From: an uncultured Saprospiraceae bacterium
GTDB lineage: Bacteria > Bacteroidota > Bacteroidia > Chitinophagales > Saprospiraceae
NCBI GenBank assembly: GCA_963746195.1
Contig: CAVVAS010000008.1
Coordinates: 50,979-114,978, forward strand
Length of the DNA: 64,000 bases
Direction of reading: 5' to 3'
Part shown: in pieces, positions 1 to 9,111 of the stretch
How the letters are laid out: the number at the start of each line of letters is the position of its first letter
Numbering within the stretch: the first letter of the stretch is position 1
Notes under the pieces: model-generated
Databases searched by the model: none
What the model was told of the DNA's origin: nothing
The model's input: the letters and a program-made list of their open reading frames with translations, nothing else
Translations under genes and position numbers: made by a program

Positions 1-129
1 TTGCCACATTTCGCCGATGGGGAGTTTGAGGTAATATCTGTACCAGATTTGTTGCTGGTGGGTGATTTGTTTTTGGGCGGAGGTGAGGTTTGCGAAGAGA
101 AGTAATATAGGGATGAATCCGAATCTCAT
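1..129 (-). CDS. 5' end of a gene running off the left edge; signal-peptide-like N-terminus, function unknown
   Basis: Complement ATG at 129..127, open to position 1: MRFGFIPILLLFANLTSAQKQITHQQQIWYRYYLKLPIGEMWQ. Absent from the ORF track because there is no in-window stop. Confidence 0.4.
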   Translation of the reverse strand, partial: MRFGFIPILLLFANLTSAQKQITHQQQIWYRYYLKLPIGEMWQ

Positions 130-261
130 AGTGTTAGTAAAATAAGGTGGTGAAGATAGAAAAACTGATTTTAAGCAATTGGGGAGTTAAGGGGTAAAGA
201 TATTTACAGAAGTAAAAAAGAAGAGATTTAGAAGAAAATGACAACAGAAAATTAAGAATGT

Positions 262-274
262 ATTTCGGCGAAAT
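262..274. promoter_or_regulatory. Palindromic motif, site 1 (ATTTCGGCGAAAT; extended palindrome 257-279)
   Basis: 133 nt upstream of the minus-strand start at 129 and 76 nt 3' of the ArsR-like gene. The 26-nt block 261-286 is repeated at 835-860. Confidence 0.4.
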
Positions 275-349
275 ACGTTGTCACTTTTGAGTTGGCATTT
301 ACATGGTTGTTTGAAATATTTCTAAGTTTTATAAAAGGAAAATCCGAAT

Positions 350-658
350 TCAAAATTCATTAAGAAAAGCGATCATCAGGCGTTTCATTTTTTTGAAATT
401 TTTTTTGTTCAATTTGTAAAAGGTGTGAGGATGTATTTCCCAGCAATCTACTAACTGAGCTTCCCTTAATATTTCTAAATGTTGAGAAAAAGTCGCATCT
501 GAAATAGGGTGCATTTTTCTTAGTGTTTTTACATTGCATGGCCCATCCTTGTTGAGTTTCCGGAGGATTTCCATTCTTGCCGGGTAGTCTATTGCTTTGG
601 CAAAATAACTTGTTTTCTGATCCCGTTCAAGATAGAGATGAGCCCTGGAAAAAGCCAT
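350..658 (-). CDS. ArsR-family winged-HTH transcriptional regulator (paralogue 1, 102 aa from the ATG)
   Basis: 'YPARMEILRKLNKDGPCNVKTLRKMHPISDATFSQHLEILREAQLV' matches the ArsR/SmtB HTH pattern. The track start at 682 is TTG. The ATG at 658 aligns with paralogue 18277..18585 (MAFSRAHLY vs MGFSKANLY). Confidence 0.7.
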   Translation of the reverse strand: MAFSRAHLYLERDQKTSYFAKAIDYPARMEILRKLNKDGPCNVKTLRKMHPISDATFSQHLEILREAQLVDCWEIHPHTFYKLNKKNFKKMKRLMIAFLNEF

Positions 659-835
659 AGACTGGAAAATTTTGGTTTTCAACTATTGTAAATGTAGGGG
701 CTCCGCAAGTAAAAAGCAATAGAAAAATTTGCCCTAGTTTAATTTCTGCTTTTCTTTCTTCATGGTAATCTTCATACCTGGATTGAGGCCTTGTGTAATG
801 ATTCATTGGTAAGGGGAGAAAATTTTGATAGATAT

Positions 836-848
836 ATTTCGGCGAAAT
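836..848. promoter_or_regulatory. Palindromic motif, site 2 (ATTTCGGCGAAAT)
   Basis: Lies in the divergent region between the ArsR-like gene (start 658) and tag (start 935). Confidence 0.4.
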
Positions 849-934
849 ACGTTTTCACTTCATAAGTTTATATTCATTTTGTTAATACGGAGAGGTCTTC
901 CGTATTTTACATTTACCTTCATTTCTAATCGCAT

Positions 935-1528
935 ATGCCCAAACCTAAACAACTCACCCGCTGCCACTGGCCCGGAAACGACGAACTCTATCTCAACTAC
1001 CACGACACCATCTGGGGAGTTCCAGAATTTGACAGCAAAGCTCTCTATGCAAAACTTATTCTTGATGGAGCACAGGCAGGCCTGAGTTGGATCACCATCC
1101 TGAGAAGGCAACCGGGATACATGGCCGTATTCGATAATTTGGATCCGGAAAAAGTCGCGAGATACACCGATAAGAAACTTGAGAAAATCCTTCTTGATGA
1201 TCGGATTATACGCAATCGGCTGAAAGTTTTTTCCGCAAGAACAAATGCACAAGCGTTCCTGGCCATGCAGGACCAGGGCATCGACTTCAGCCAACATCTG
1301 TGGTCCTTTGTTGACGGAAAACCCATTGTCAATAAATTTAGATCAACAGCAGATTTCCGTGCTACTTCACCCGAAAGTGATGCTTTAAGTAAGGACCTGA
1401 AAAAAAGAGGATTTAGTTTCGTCGGCTCAACAATCATTTATGCATTCATGCAGGCTGTTGGCATGTATAATGATCATATCATCACTTGCTTCAGGCATGA
1501 TGAAGTGAATCGCTTAAATAAAAAATAA
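935..1528 (+). CDS. tag: DNA-3-methyladenine glycosylase I
   Basis: 197 aa. 'RCHWPGNDELYLNYHDTIWGVP...LILDGAQAGLSW..IL' is typical of the Tag family. Confidence 0.9.
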   Translation: MPKPKQLTRCHWPGNDELYLNYHDTIWGVPEFDSKALYAKLILDGAQAGLSWITILRRQPGYMAVFDNLDPEKVARYTDKKLEKILLDDRIIRNRLKVFSARTNAQAFLAMQDQGIDFSQHLWSFVDGKPIVNKFRSTADFRATSPESDALSKDLKKRGFSFVGSTIIYAFMQAVGMYNDHIITCFRHDEVNRLNKK

Positions 1529-1544
1529 TAAGCAGCCAATACCC

Positions 1545-2002
1545 AAAATTCCTATGTGCCTTTCGCCGTGTACTATGTGGCTATGTGGTGAAAAGAAATA
1601 CTCCCATTTGAACCACATAGACACATAGAAAACATAGAATAACACATAGAAAATCAAAGTGTCATTGTGGCGCAGTTCAGCAACTGTCTAATGTCTAAAA
1701 TTCCTATGTGCCTTTCGCCGTGTACTATGTGGCTATGTGGTGAAAAGAAATACTCCCATTTGAACCACATAGACACATAGAAAACATAGAATAACACATA
1801 GAAAATCAAAGTGTCATTGTGGCGCAGTTCAGCAACTGTCTAATGTCTAAAATTCCTATGTGCCTTTCTTCGTGTACTATGTACCTATGTGGTAAAAAGA
1901 ATTACTCCATTTGAACCACATAGACACATAGAAATCAAAGAATAACACATAGGATATTCAAAGCGTATTAGTGGCGCAGTTCAGCGACAATTTAAAATTC
2001 CT
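1545..2002 (+). repeat. Tandem array of a 152-bp hairpin-forming unit: two identical copies, one diverged copy and a 9-nt stub
   Basis: 1545-1696 and 1697-1848 are identical by eye. 1849-1993 is diverged. Each unit pairs CTATGTGGCTATGTGG (1573-1588) with CCACATAGACACATAG (1613-1628). Confidence 0.9.
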
Positions 2003-2105
2003 TCTCCTTCGCCTTCTTTGGATGCCATAGCTTTTTAGCGGAGGCATCAACCTCCTCCTTCCCTATATTTACAATATTCCTAACTTCGCCCTTTATTGAC
2101 AAGTT

Positions 2106-4253
2106 ATGATCCATCCCCCCAAACGATATCTGGTCACTGCTGCATTACCTTATGCCAATGGCCCTCTCCACATAGGCCATCTCACAGGCGCATATCTACC
2201 TGCAGATATCTATGTCAGAATGCTCCGCATGCTGGATAATGACGTGGCCTACATTTGCGGGTCGGATGAGAATGGCGCCGCGATTACGATCAAGGCAATG
2301 AAAGAAGGTACTACGCCTCGCGAAATCGTCGATAAATATCATGCACTGTTTGTAGAAACTTTTCAGAAGGCCGGAATATCATTTGATATTTATCATCGGA
2401 CTTCTTCACCTCTCCATCATGAGACCGCACAGGATTTTTTTCGCACACTTTATACCAAAGACGAATTCATCGAAGAAGAATCCGAACAATATTATGACAG
2501 CGAAGCAGGTAAATTTTTAGCGGACCGTTATATAAAAGGTACTTGTCCAAATTGTGGTAATCCTTCCGCATATGGAGATCAGTGTGAGAATTGTGGCACT
2601 TCATTAAGCCCACTCGATTTAATTGATCCTGTTTCTACAATCACAGGTTCGAAGCCGGTATTGAAGAAAACTAAACATTGGTATTTACCACTTGATAAAT
2701 ATGAACCATGGCTGAAGACATGGATTGATACAGGTATGCTGGATGGAAAGGAACATCATGATCCGTCAGAATGGAAAACGCATGTCATCGGCCAATGCAA
2801 ATCCTGGTTAGACGGCGGTCTTCAGCCGCGAGCCATGACACGCGATCTCGATTGGGGTGTAGATGTGCCACAGGAAATTCCGGGATCGCAAGGCAAGAAA
2901 TTATATGTATGGATGGATGCTCCCATCGGATATATTTCTGCAACAAAGCAATGGGCTGCAGATCATGGCAAGGATTGGAAATCATACTGGCAGGATCCGG
3001 ACTCAGCATTGATTCATTTTATCGGCAAAGACAATATTGTTTTTCATTGCCTGATTTTTCCTGCAATACTTAAAACACACGGAGAGTATAATCTGCCGGT
3101 GAATGTACCGGCAAATCAATTTCTGAATCTTGAAGAACAAAAGATCTCCACATCGCGGAACTGGGCTATTTGGGTTCATGAATTTCTGAATGAGAATCCT
3201 GATCAGACTGATGCACTGAGATATGTACTGACAAAAAACATGCCTGAGCAAAAAGATGCAGAGTTCACATGGAAGGGTTATCAGTCGGATGTCAATTCGG
3301 ATCTCGTGGGCACCCTTGCCAATTTTATTCATCGCGTTCTCGTGTTGACACACAAATTTTATGGTGGTAAAGTTCCTGCATTCGATGAAGATGCACCGAT
3401 CGTTGGAGCACATGGCAATGACGAAGCTTCATGGCATGAAGTTGAAATGATGGATCTTTTCGATCGCATGTGGAACGTCCAGGATAATATTTCAAAATTC
3501 GATTTCAGGGCAGGACTCAAGGCTGTGATGGATATCGCTTCAGCGGGGAATCAAATCCTTCAATTTAACGAACCGTGGAAGATCGAGAAATCAGAACCTG
3601 AAACGGTCAAGGTGGTTCTCAATTTATGTCTTCAATATTCAGCAGCATTGAGTATCGGTCTTCATCCGTTTATGCCCCGTGCTTCTGCGCGACTTCGGAA
3701 ATTACTTGGGTTGGATCCGATCACCGAGCAGGGTGTATGGGTCACAACGATGGATCAATTGGCTGAGGGCACACTTTTAATCGAAGCAAAACATTTATTA
3801 TCTCAACCTGAACATTTATTCAGCAGGGTAGAGGATGACTGGATCCAAAAACAGATGTCAAAACTTCAACAGCCTGTTGCAACTGAAATACCAAAGGAAG
3901 AACCTTCTGCAAAATCTTCACCTCAAAAAGCAAACATCTCTTATGAGGATTTTGCAAAAATGGATATTAAGACTGCAAAGATTATTGCTGCAGAAGTCGT
4001 TCCTAAAGCTGATAAATTACTTAAGCTTACAATTGAAGTAGATGGGATAGAGCGTACGGTAGTCAGTGGTATCGCTAAACATTATGATCCAAAGGACTTA
4101 CCCGGGAAATATGTTGTTATCCTCGCGAATCTTGAGCCCAGGAAAATCAAAGGTGTTGAATCACAAGGGATGATCCTTATGGCTGAATCGAATGATGGCA
4201 AACTCCATTTTATCCAGGCTGCTTCAAATGAAAGTGGAATGCCAATAAGCTAG
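2106..4253 (+). CDS. metG: Methionine--tRNA ligase with C-terminal tRNA-binding (EMAP-like) domain
   Basis: 715 aa with the class I motif 'PYANGPLHIGH', a CPNCG...CENCG zinc knuckle and the C-terminal tail 'KIIAAEVVPKADKLLKLTIEVDG'. Confidence 0.95.
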   Translation: MIHPPKRYLVTAALPYANGPLHIGHLTGAYLPADIYVRMLRMLDNDVAYICGSDENGAAITIKAMKEGTTPREIVDKYHALFVETFQKAGISFDIYHRTSSPLHHETAQDFFRTLYTKDEFIEEESEQYYDSEAGKFLADRYIKGTCPNCGNPSAYGDQCENCGTSLSPLDLIDPVSTITGSKPVLKKTKHWYLPLDKYEPWLKTWIDTGMLDGKEHHDPSEWKTHVIGQCKSWLDGGLQPRAMTRDLDWGVDVPQEIPGSQGKKLYVWMDAPIGYISATKQWAADHGKDWKSYWQDPDSALIHFIGKDNIVFHCLIFPAILKTHGEYNLPVNVPANQFLNLEEQKISTSRNWAIWVHEFLNENPDQTDALRYVLTKNMPEQKDAEFTWKGYQSDVNSDLVGTLANFIHRVLVLTHKFYGGKVPAFDEDAPIVGAHGNDEASWHEVEMMDLFDRMWNVQDNISKFDFRAGLKAVMDIASAGNQILQFNEPWKIEKSEPETVKVVLNLCLQYSAALSIGLHPFMPRASARLRKLLGLDPITEQGVWVTTMDQLAEGTLLIEAKHLLSQPEHLFSRVEDDWIQKQMSKLQQPVATEIPKEEPSAKSSPQKANISYEDFAKMDIKTAKIIAAEVVPKADKLLKLTIEVDGIERTVVSGIAKHYDPKDLPGKYVVILANLEPRKIKGVESQGMILMAESNDGKLHFIQAASNESGMPIS

Positions 4254-4318
4254 GTAATACCTGCGTTCACATAGCTTAGTATCTTGAGGCCGTATCTGAT
4301 CGATATCATTATTCTTTC

Positions 4319-6103
4319 ATGCCGAATCAATCAAGCGAAGTGAATTCCACCAATATGCCCAGGTATTCGGCTATTGCATTGCTCCTCATCCTTTTTGCAT
4401 TTGCCATTTGGAGAATGATCGAATTGCCATTGTGGGGCTGGTGGCCGCTGCTGATGTTATTGTCTTTTTGGCTGGCAGTGATTTTATTTTTTTTCCCGAA
4501 AGAACCTGAAAAAAGAAAATGGCTTGGAGCCGCGACAGTTTCCGGGGTAATGCTTGGATTAGGATTTCCTCCTTCACCTCTTACGTGGATCGCCATATTT
4601 GCATGGATACCGTTGCTCGCTGTTGAGAATGGAATTTTTCAGAAAAGGGATAAACCAAGTCCCCGGCAGATTTTCTTTTATTCATTCCATGCATTTATTT
4701 TATGGAATATCATCGCAACATTCTGGGTGACGAACACGGCATTTATTGCCGGAATTTTTGCCAATTTTGTAAATGCAGTTTTCATGGCCACTGTCATGGT
4801 GCTTATCCATGTATTCGGCCGCCGTCTTCCGGTAAAATGGTTCTTTTTTGTTTTAATTTCTTTCTGGATCTCTTTTGAATACATACATCATCATTGGGAT
4901 TTTTTATGGCCATGGTTAACTTTAGGAAATGCCCTGGCGCAATATCCATGGGCTGTCCAATGGTATGAGTATACAGGTACTTTCGGAGGATCGCTTTGGA
5001 TCCTGCTCATTAATGTGATGGGATATTCAATGATCACCCGGTGGATGAGAGCGAGGCCTTTGCGAATTGGGGTTTATTTAAGTTTAATTTTTGTTCCGAT
5101 TATTTTGTCCTTGTGGATATGGTTTACGATTAAACCCGCTGATTCTAAGCCCGTTTCTGTGACCATTATCCAGCCCAACTTCGAACCCCACTATCAAAAA
5201 TTTAGAATACCTCAACGCGACCAGGTAAAAAGATTTCTCCAGTTGTCTAGGGATAATATTGATAGCCTGACAAGTTATTTGGTATTTCCGGAAACAAGTT
5301 TTGAAGGCGTGTTATTGAATAAGTTTGATGATGACCCCGATGTTCAGTTGTTCCAGCATTTTATTGATTCTTTTCCGCAGTTGCACTTAGTGTCGGGTAT
5401 AACTTCATATCGCACACTTGAACCGAATGAGCTGGATCATACAAATTATAGAGTGCACATAAGTGGGGGAGTAGATACGACATTCTGGGATGTGCAGAAT
5501 TCTGCAATACAGATGATATCGGGACAGAATGGGTATGAAGTTTATTTTAAATCCAGGCTGGTTCCGGGGCCGGAGATGTTTCCGTATAAGAAATATCTTT
5601 TCTTTTTAAATCCGATCGTTGAAAGCCTTGGAGGTACATTCGAAGGTTTGACTGAGCAGCGTGAAAGAACTGTTTTTGATGGAGGTCCTTTAAAAGTCGG
5701 ACCAATCATTTGCTATGAATCCATTTTCGGGGAATTTACCGGAGGGTATATGCGAAAGGGTGCAACTGCTTTATTTATTGTGACAAATGACGGATGGTGG
5801 GATAACACACCAGGGCATATTCAACATTTGTTATTTGGAGCGCTCAGAGCTATTGAACACCGTAGACCTATTGCCAGGAGTGCCAATACAGGTATTTCAG
5901 CTTTCATTGATATCAGGGGCCGGATTTTACAGCCTACTAAATACGGAGAGACGACTGCTATAAAAGGTGAAATTATTCCGGAAACGAGAATTACATTTTA
6001 TACCCGGTGGGGAGATTTGATTGCCAGAGGCATGTTATTGTTGGCGATTTCATTATTGATTGCAAGTATCGTCCGAATATTTATGACATCGCGGAAGGCC
6101 TGA
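4319..6103 (+). CDS. lnt: Apolipoprotein N-acyltransferase
   Basis: 594 aa. Multi-TM N-terminus plus a CN-hydrolase domain ('ICYESIFGEF', 'IVTNDGWW'). Confidence 0.85.
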   Translation: MPNQSSEVNSTNMPRYSAIALLLILFAFAIWRMIELPLWGWWPLLMLLSFWLAVILFFFPKEPEKRKWLGAATVSGVMLGLGFPPSPLTWIAIFAWIPLLAVENGIFQKRDKPSPRQIFFYSFHAFILWNIIATFWVTNTAFIAGIFANFVNAVFMATVMVLIHVFGRRLPVKWFFFVLISFWISFEYIHHHWDFLWPWLTLGNALAQYPWAVQWYEYTGTFGGSLWILLINVMGYSMITRWMRARPLRIGVYLSLIFVPIILSLWIWFTIKPADSKPVSVTIIQPNFEPHYQKFRIPQRDQVKRFLQLSRDNIDSLTSYLVFPETSFEGVLLNKFDDDPDVQLFQHFIDSFPQLHLVSGITSYRTLEPNELDHTNYRVHISGGVDTTFWDVQNSAIQMISGQNGYEVYFKSRLVPGPEMFPYKKYLFFLNPIVESLGGTFEGLTEQRERTVFDGGPLKVGPIICYESIFGEFTGGYMRKGATALFIVTNDGWWDNTPGHIQHLLFGALRAIEHRRPIARSANTGISAFIDIRGRILQPTKYGETTAIKGEIIPETRITFYTRWGDLIARGMLLLAISLLIASIVRIFMTSRKA

Positions 6104-6224
6104 TCATAACAATTCAATTTTTTACCGGGAAAGCGAAAAGATTAAAATTGGTTTTATCTTAGCAAAGTTGGTTTGCACAACCAACAAGACAGAAAATAAA
6201 ACGTAAACCATCTAACTTACTGCC

Positions 6225-6509
6225 ATGACAACTTTCTGGATCTTCTGGATTTTCAATGCACTCGTTTCTTTAGTGCCCATTTATTTCTTCTTTGTTGGAT
6301 TGAATGACGGGACAGTTAGTTCACGAAATATTGGTATTTGGTTCTTGCTGCTCCTTGTAGTAGCCGTAGTATTGGTAGGTTCGTTATTATTAAAAGCCGC
6401 TAATCAAATGGCACTTGCTAAAGTATTATTGATCCTGGCTGCTATTCCAGGTATTTGTGCTGTGCTTTATTTTCTTGTGGTGTTGACGATGCATCCTGAT
6501 TTTAAATAA
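6225..6509 (+). CDS. Small integral membrane protein, unknown function
   Basis: 94 aa with 3 predicted TM helices. Tightly spaced with the next two ORFs. Confidence 0.5.
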   Translation: MTTFWIFWIFNALVSLVPIYFFFVGLNDGTVSSRNIGIWFLLLLVVAVVLVGSLLLKAANQMALAKVLLILAAIPGICAVLYFLVVLTMHPDFK

Positions 6510-6515
6510 TCCGGG

Positions 6516-7160
6516 ATGTCTGACCCAATCGATTACAACCAGGCCGGAGAAATATTCAAAAAGTCAATGCAGGATGCCTTATCTAACCTGGATAAAGTGA
6601 CGGAAGATGCCAGGAAAGAGCATGATAAAGCTATAGAACTTCAGATAGCTGCTAAGGAAGAAATTCATCGCATCGAAAATGAAGCGCATGTTATTTCACA
6701 AAATTATATTGATCAACATCGCAAGGAATTTGAAGAACGACTTCGCCAGGAAACTCTCTTATCTGTGACAAAAAAATTAATCATGCATGGCATGAAGTCT
6801 ACTGAAATCATGTCAGTGCTTGATGTTCCCCCAAAGATGATGCAGGATGCATGGACAGAGTTAAAATTTACAAAGCTCGGCGATCATGTAGCTCATGTGG
6901 CTTATGAAGACCAGGGACGTGCAGGCAATGTTATTTTTTATCGGGAAGATGTGATGCTGCGTTTCTGGTATGAATTTGGGGGAGGGCTTACTTTGGCTTT
7001 CATTAATGTACCAAAAGCGGAAAATTGGACGAAAGAAACCGTACTTCCTATTGAAGATCGAATGCCTATTTTAAATTTTATCGGTGAGCGTGTCATAAGA
7101 GATCAGGCTCCGGGTTACAGGTATAGAATCGAAGATGATGCCATTGTCATCGCACCTTAG
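6516..7160 (+). CDS. Hypothetical soluble protein (charged coiled-coil-like N-terminal half)
   Basis: 214-aa ORF with no competing frame and no family recognised. Confidence 0.5.
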   Translation: MSDPIDYNQAGEIFKKSMQDALSNLDKVTEDARKEHDKAIELQIAAKEEIHRIENEAHVISQNYIDQHRKEFEERLRQETLLSVTKKLIMHGMKSTEIMSVLDVPPKMMQDAWTELKFTKLGDHVAHVAYEDQGRAGNVIFYREDVMLRFWYEFGGGLTLAFINVPKAENWTKETVLPIEDRMPILNFIGERVIRDQAPGYRYRIEDDAIVIAP

Positions 7161-7179
7161 ATGTCCATAAATAAATCAA

Positions 7180-7557
7180 ATGAATAAAATCCTCAACATC
7201 CTGATCGGGCCCGAACTCCTGTGGGTAATATTTTATTTTATCGTAACCCTGATCATCAAATCGACCAATTCTCCGATAAAAACCATGGATTCTTTTTGGG
7301 TGAATACGGCCTATATCATTCCATTGGTATTAATCCCACTCACATTTGGTCTTTATTATTTCCCGGGCGTCATTCGTCCCTGGCTGCTCATGAGGATTTG
7401 GATTGTGGGGATCATCGGAGGACATTATGTGCTCAGCAAAAGTTTATCAGCTCATTCTGAACAAGGTCCCGGAGTGGGAACTGCTTATATTATGGGAATG
7501 ATTTTCATCCTGATTATGCTCGTTATTGGAAGCGTATTTGCCAAGATCAAATTTTAG
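7180..7557 (+). CDS. Small integral membrane protein, unknown function
   Basis: 125 aa with 4 hydrophobic segments. Confidence 0.5.
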   Translation: MNKILNILIGPELLWVIFYFIVTLIIKSTNSPIKTMDSFWVNTAYIIPLVLIPLTFGLYYFPGVIRPWLLMRIWIVGIIGGHYVLSKSLSAHSEQGPGVGTAYIMGMIFILIMLVIGSVFAKIKF

Positions 7558-7560
7558 CAT

Positions 7561-7620
7561 TCTAAGACCTCGTGGCACGAGTACTGGTGCCACCACTAGT
7601 CGTGCCACGAAGTCCTAACG
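7561..7620. repeat. 60-nt imperfect palindrome (long hairpin) between convergent genes
   Basis: TCTAAGACCTCGTGGCACGA / GTACTGGTGCCACCACTAGT / TCGTGCCACGAAGTCCTAACG. The arms pair (CGTGGCACGA/TCGTGCCACG perfect) and the centre is itself palindromic (TGGTG-C-CACCA). Confidence 0.7.
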
Positions 7621-7719
7621 TGTTGATAGTGAATGTCCCCGGATAGTTATCCACATGCCTGTTTGTGCGCAGAAAAAAGCTCGTTTTAAGCGTAGAAAAT
7701 TTTAAAATTGAGGGAGTTT

Positions 7720-9102
7720 TTATATCATATCCTCAGCCCTTACCCACTTATCAAATTGTTCCGCAGTCACATAACCGAGAGCCAAAGCAGCTTCTTTTAA
7801 AGTTGTATTTTCTTTATGAGCCTTCTTCGCAATATCCGCTGCCTTATCATAACCAATGTGTGTATTGAGAGCAGTGACCAGCATAAGTGAATTGTCCAGA
7901 TTCATTTTGATCCGCGCATAATTGGGTTCAATACCGTTGACACAGTGCTCGACAAAACTGCGGCATGAATCCGCTATCAACCTCGCCGAAGTCAGAAAAT
8001 TGAAAATAATGAGCGGCTTAAATACATTCAATTCAAACTGACCTTGCATGCCACCGACATTGATCGCAACATCATTGCCAAATATCTGGGCCATCGCCAT
8101 CGTCATCGCTTCTGACTGCGTAGGATTGACTTTACCAGGCATAATGGATGAGCCGGGTTCATTAGCAGGTATATTTATTTCACCTATGCCGCTGCGAGGA
8201 CCGGAAGCCAGTAACCGCACATCATTAGCAATTTTGTTGAGCGACACGGCGACAGTTTTTAAAGCACCATGGGATTCGACCATCGCATCATGAGCAGCAA
8301 GTGATTCAAATTTATTTTTTGCCGTGACGAAAGGAAACCCCGTGAACTCAGCAATTTTTTTAGCCACCAACTTATCGAATCCTTTAGGAGCATTTAATCC
8401 TGTTCCAACAGCCGTTCCTCCCAGGGCTAATTCGGTGAGATGATCTAGTGTATTTTGAACAGCTTTAACTCCATGTTCCACCTGCGACGCATATCCGCTG
8501 AATTCCTGACCGAGTGTAAGTGGCGTAGCATCCATCAAATGCGTGCGGCCGATTTTTACAATATGATTAAACTCCTGCGTTTTCTTTTCCAAAGCAATTT
8601 GCAATTCCTGTAATGCCGGAATGGTATTTTCCACGAGGTATTTATAAGCAGCAATATTCATTGCCGTTGGAAATGTATCGTTGGAAGATTGTGATTTATT
8701 GACATCATCATTGGGATGCAATATCTTCTTTTCATCATCAAGCTTGCCGCCATTGATGACATGACCGCGATTAGCAATGACTTCATTCAGGTTCATATTG
8801 GATTGCGTACCTGAACCGGTTTGCCAAACGACTAATGGAAAATGATCATCCAATTTTCCATCCAGAATTTCATCACAAACCTTTGAAATCAATTTTGCCT
8901 TTTCTTCCGGCAAAATGCCGAGATCGAAATTGGTGAGCGCAGCCGCCTTTTTAAGAATAGCAAACGCCCTAATGATTTCAAGCGGCATCCGATGACCACC
9001 TGTCTTGAAATTTTCAAAACTACGCTCAGTTTGTGCGCCCCAGTAAACATGAGCCGGAACTTTTACAGGTCCGAGACTGTCTTTTTCAATTCTGTATTCC
9101 AT
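7720..9102 (-). CDS. fumC: Class II fumarate hydratase
   Basis: 460 aa with the '[11 protein letters not shown]' signature and the '[10 protein letters not shown]' motif. Confidence 0.95.
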   Translation of the reverse strand: MEYRIEKDSLGPVKVPAHVYWGAQTERSFENFKTGGHRMPLEIIRAFAILKKAAALTNFDLGILPEEKAKLISKVCDEILDGKLDDHFPLVVWQTGSGTQSNMNLNEVIANRGHVINGGKLDDEKKILHPNDDVNKSQSSNDTFPTAMNIAAYKYLVENTIPALQELQIALEKKTQEFNHIVKIGRTHLMDATPLTLGQEFSGYASQVEHGVKAVQNTLDHLTELALGGTAVGTGLNAPKGFDKLVAKKIAEFTGFPFVTAKNKFESLAAHDAMVESHGALKTVAVSLNKIANDVRLLASGPRSGIGEINIPANEPGSSIMPGKVNPTQSEAMTMAMAQIFGNDVAINVGGMQGQFELNVFKPLIIFNFLTSARLIADSCRSFVEHCVNGIEPNYARIKMNLDNSLMLVTALNTHIGYDKAADIAKKAHKENTTLKEAALALGYVTAEQFDKWVRAEDMI

Positions 9103-9111
9103 AAGATTTGA

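Noticed and set aside
1545-2002. Possible CRISPR array, given the regularly spaced identical sequence
   Set aside because: The whole 152-bp unit repeats and two copies are 100% identical. There are no unique spacers between short repeats and no cas genes in the window.
7665-7868. 67-aa plus-strand ORF
   Set aside because: It overlaps the fumC 3' end on the opposite strand and has no supporting motif.
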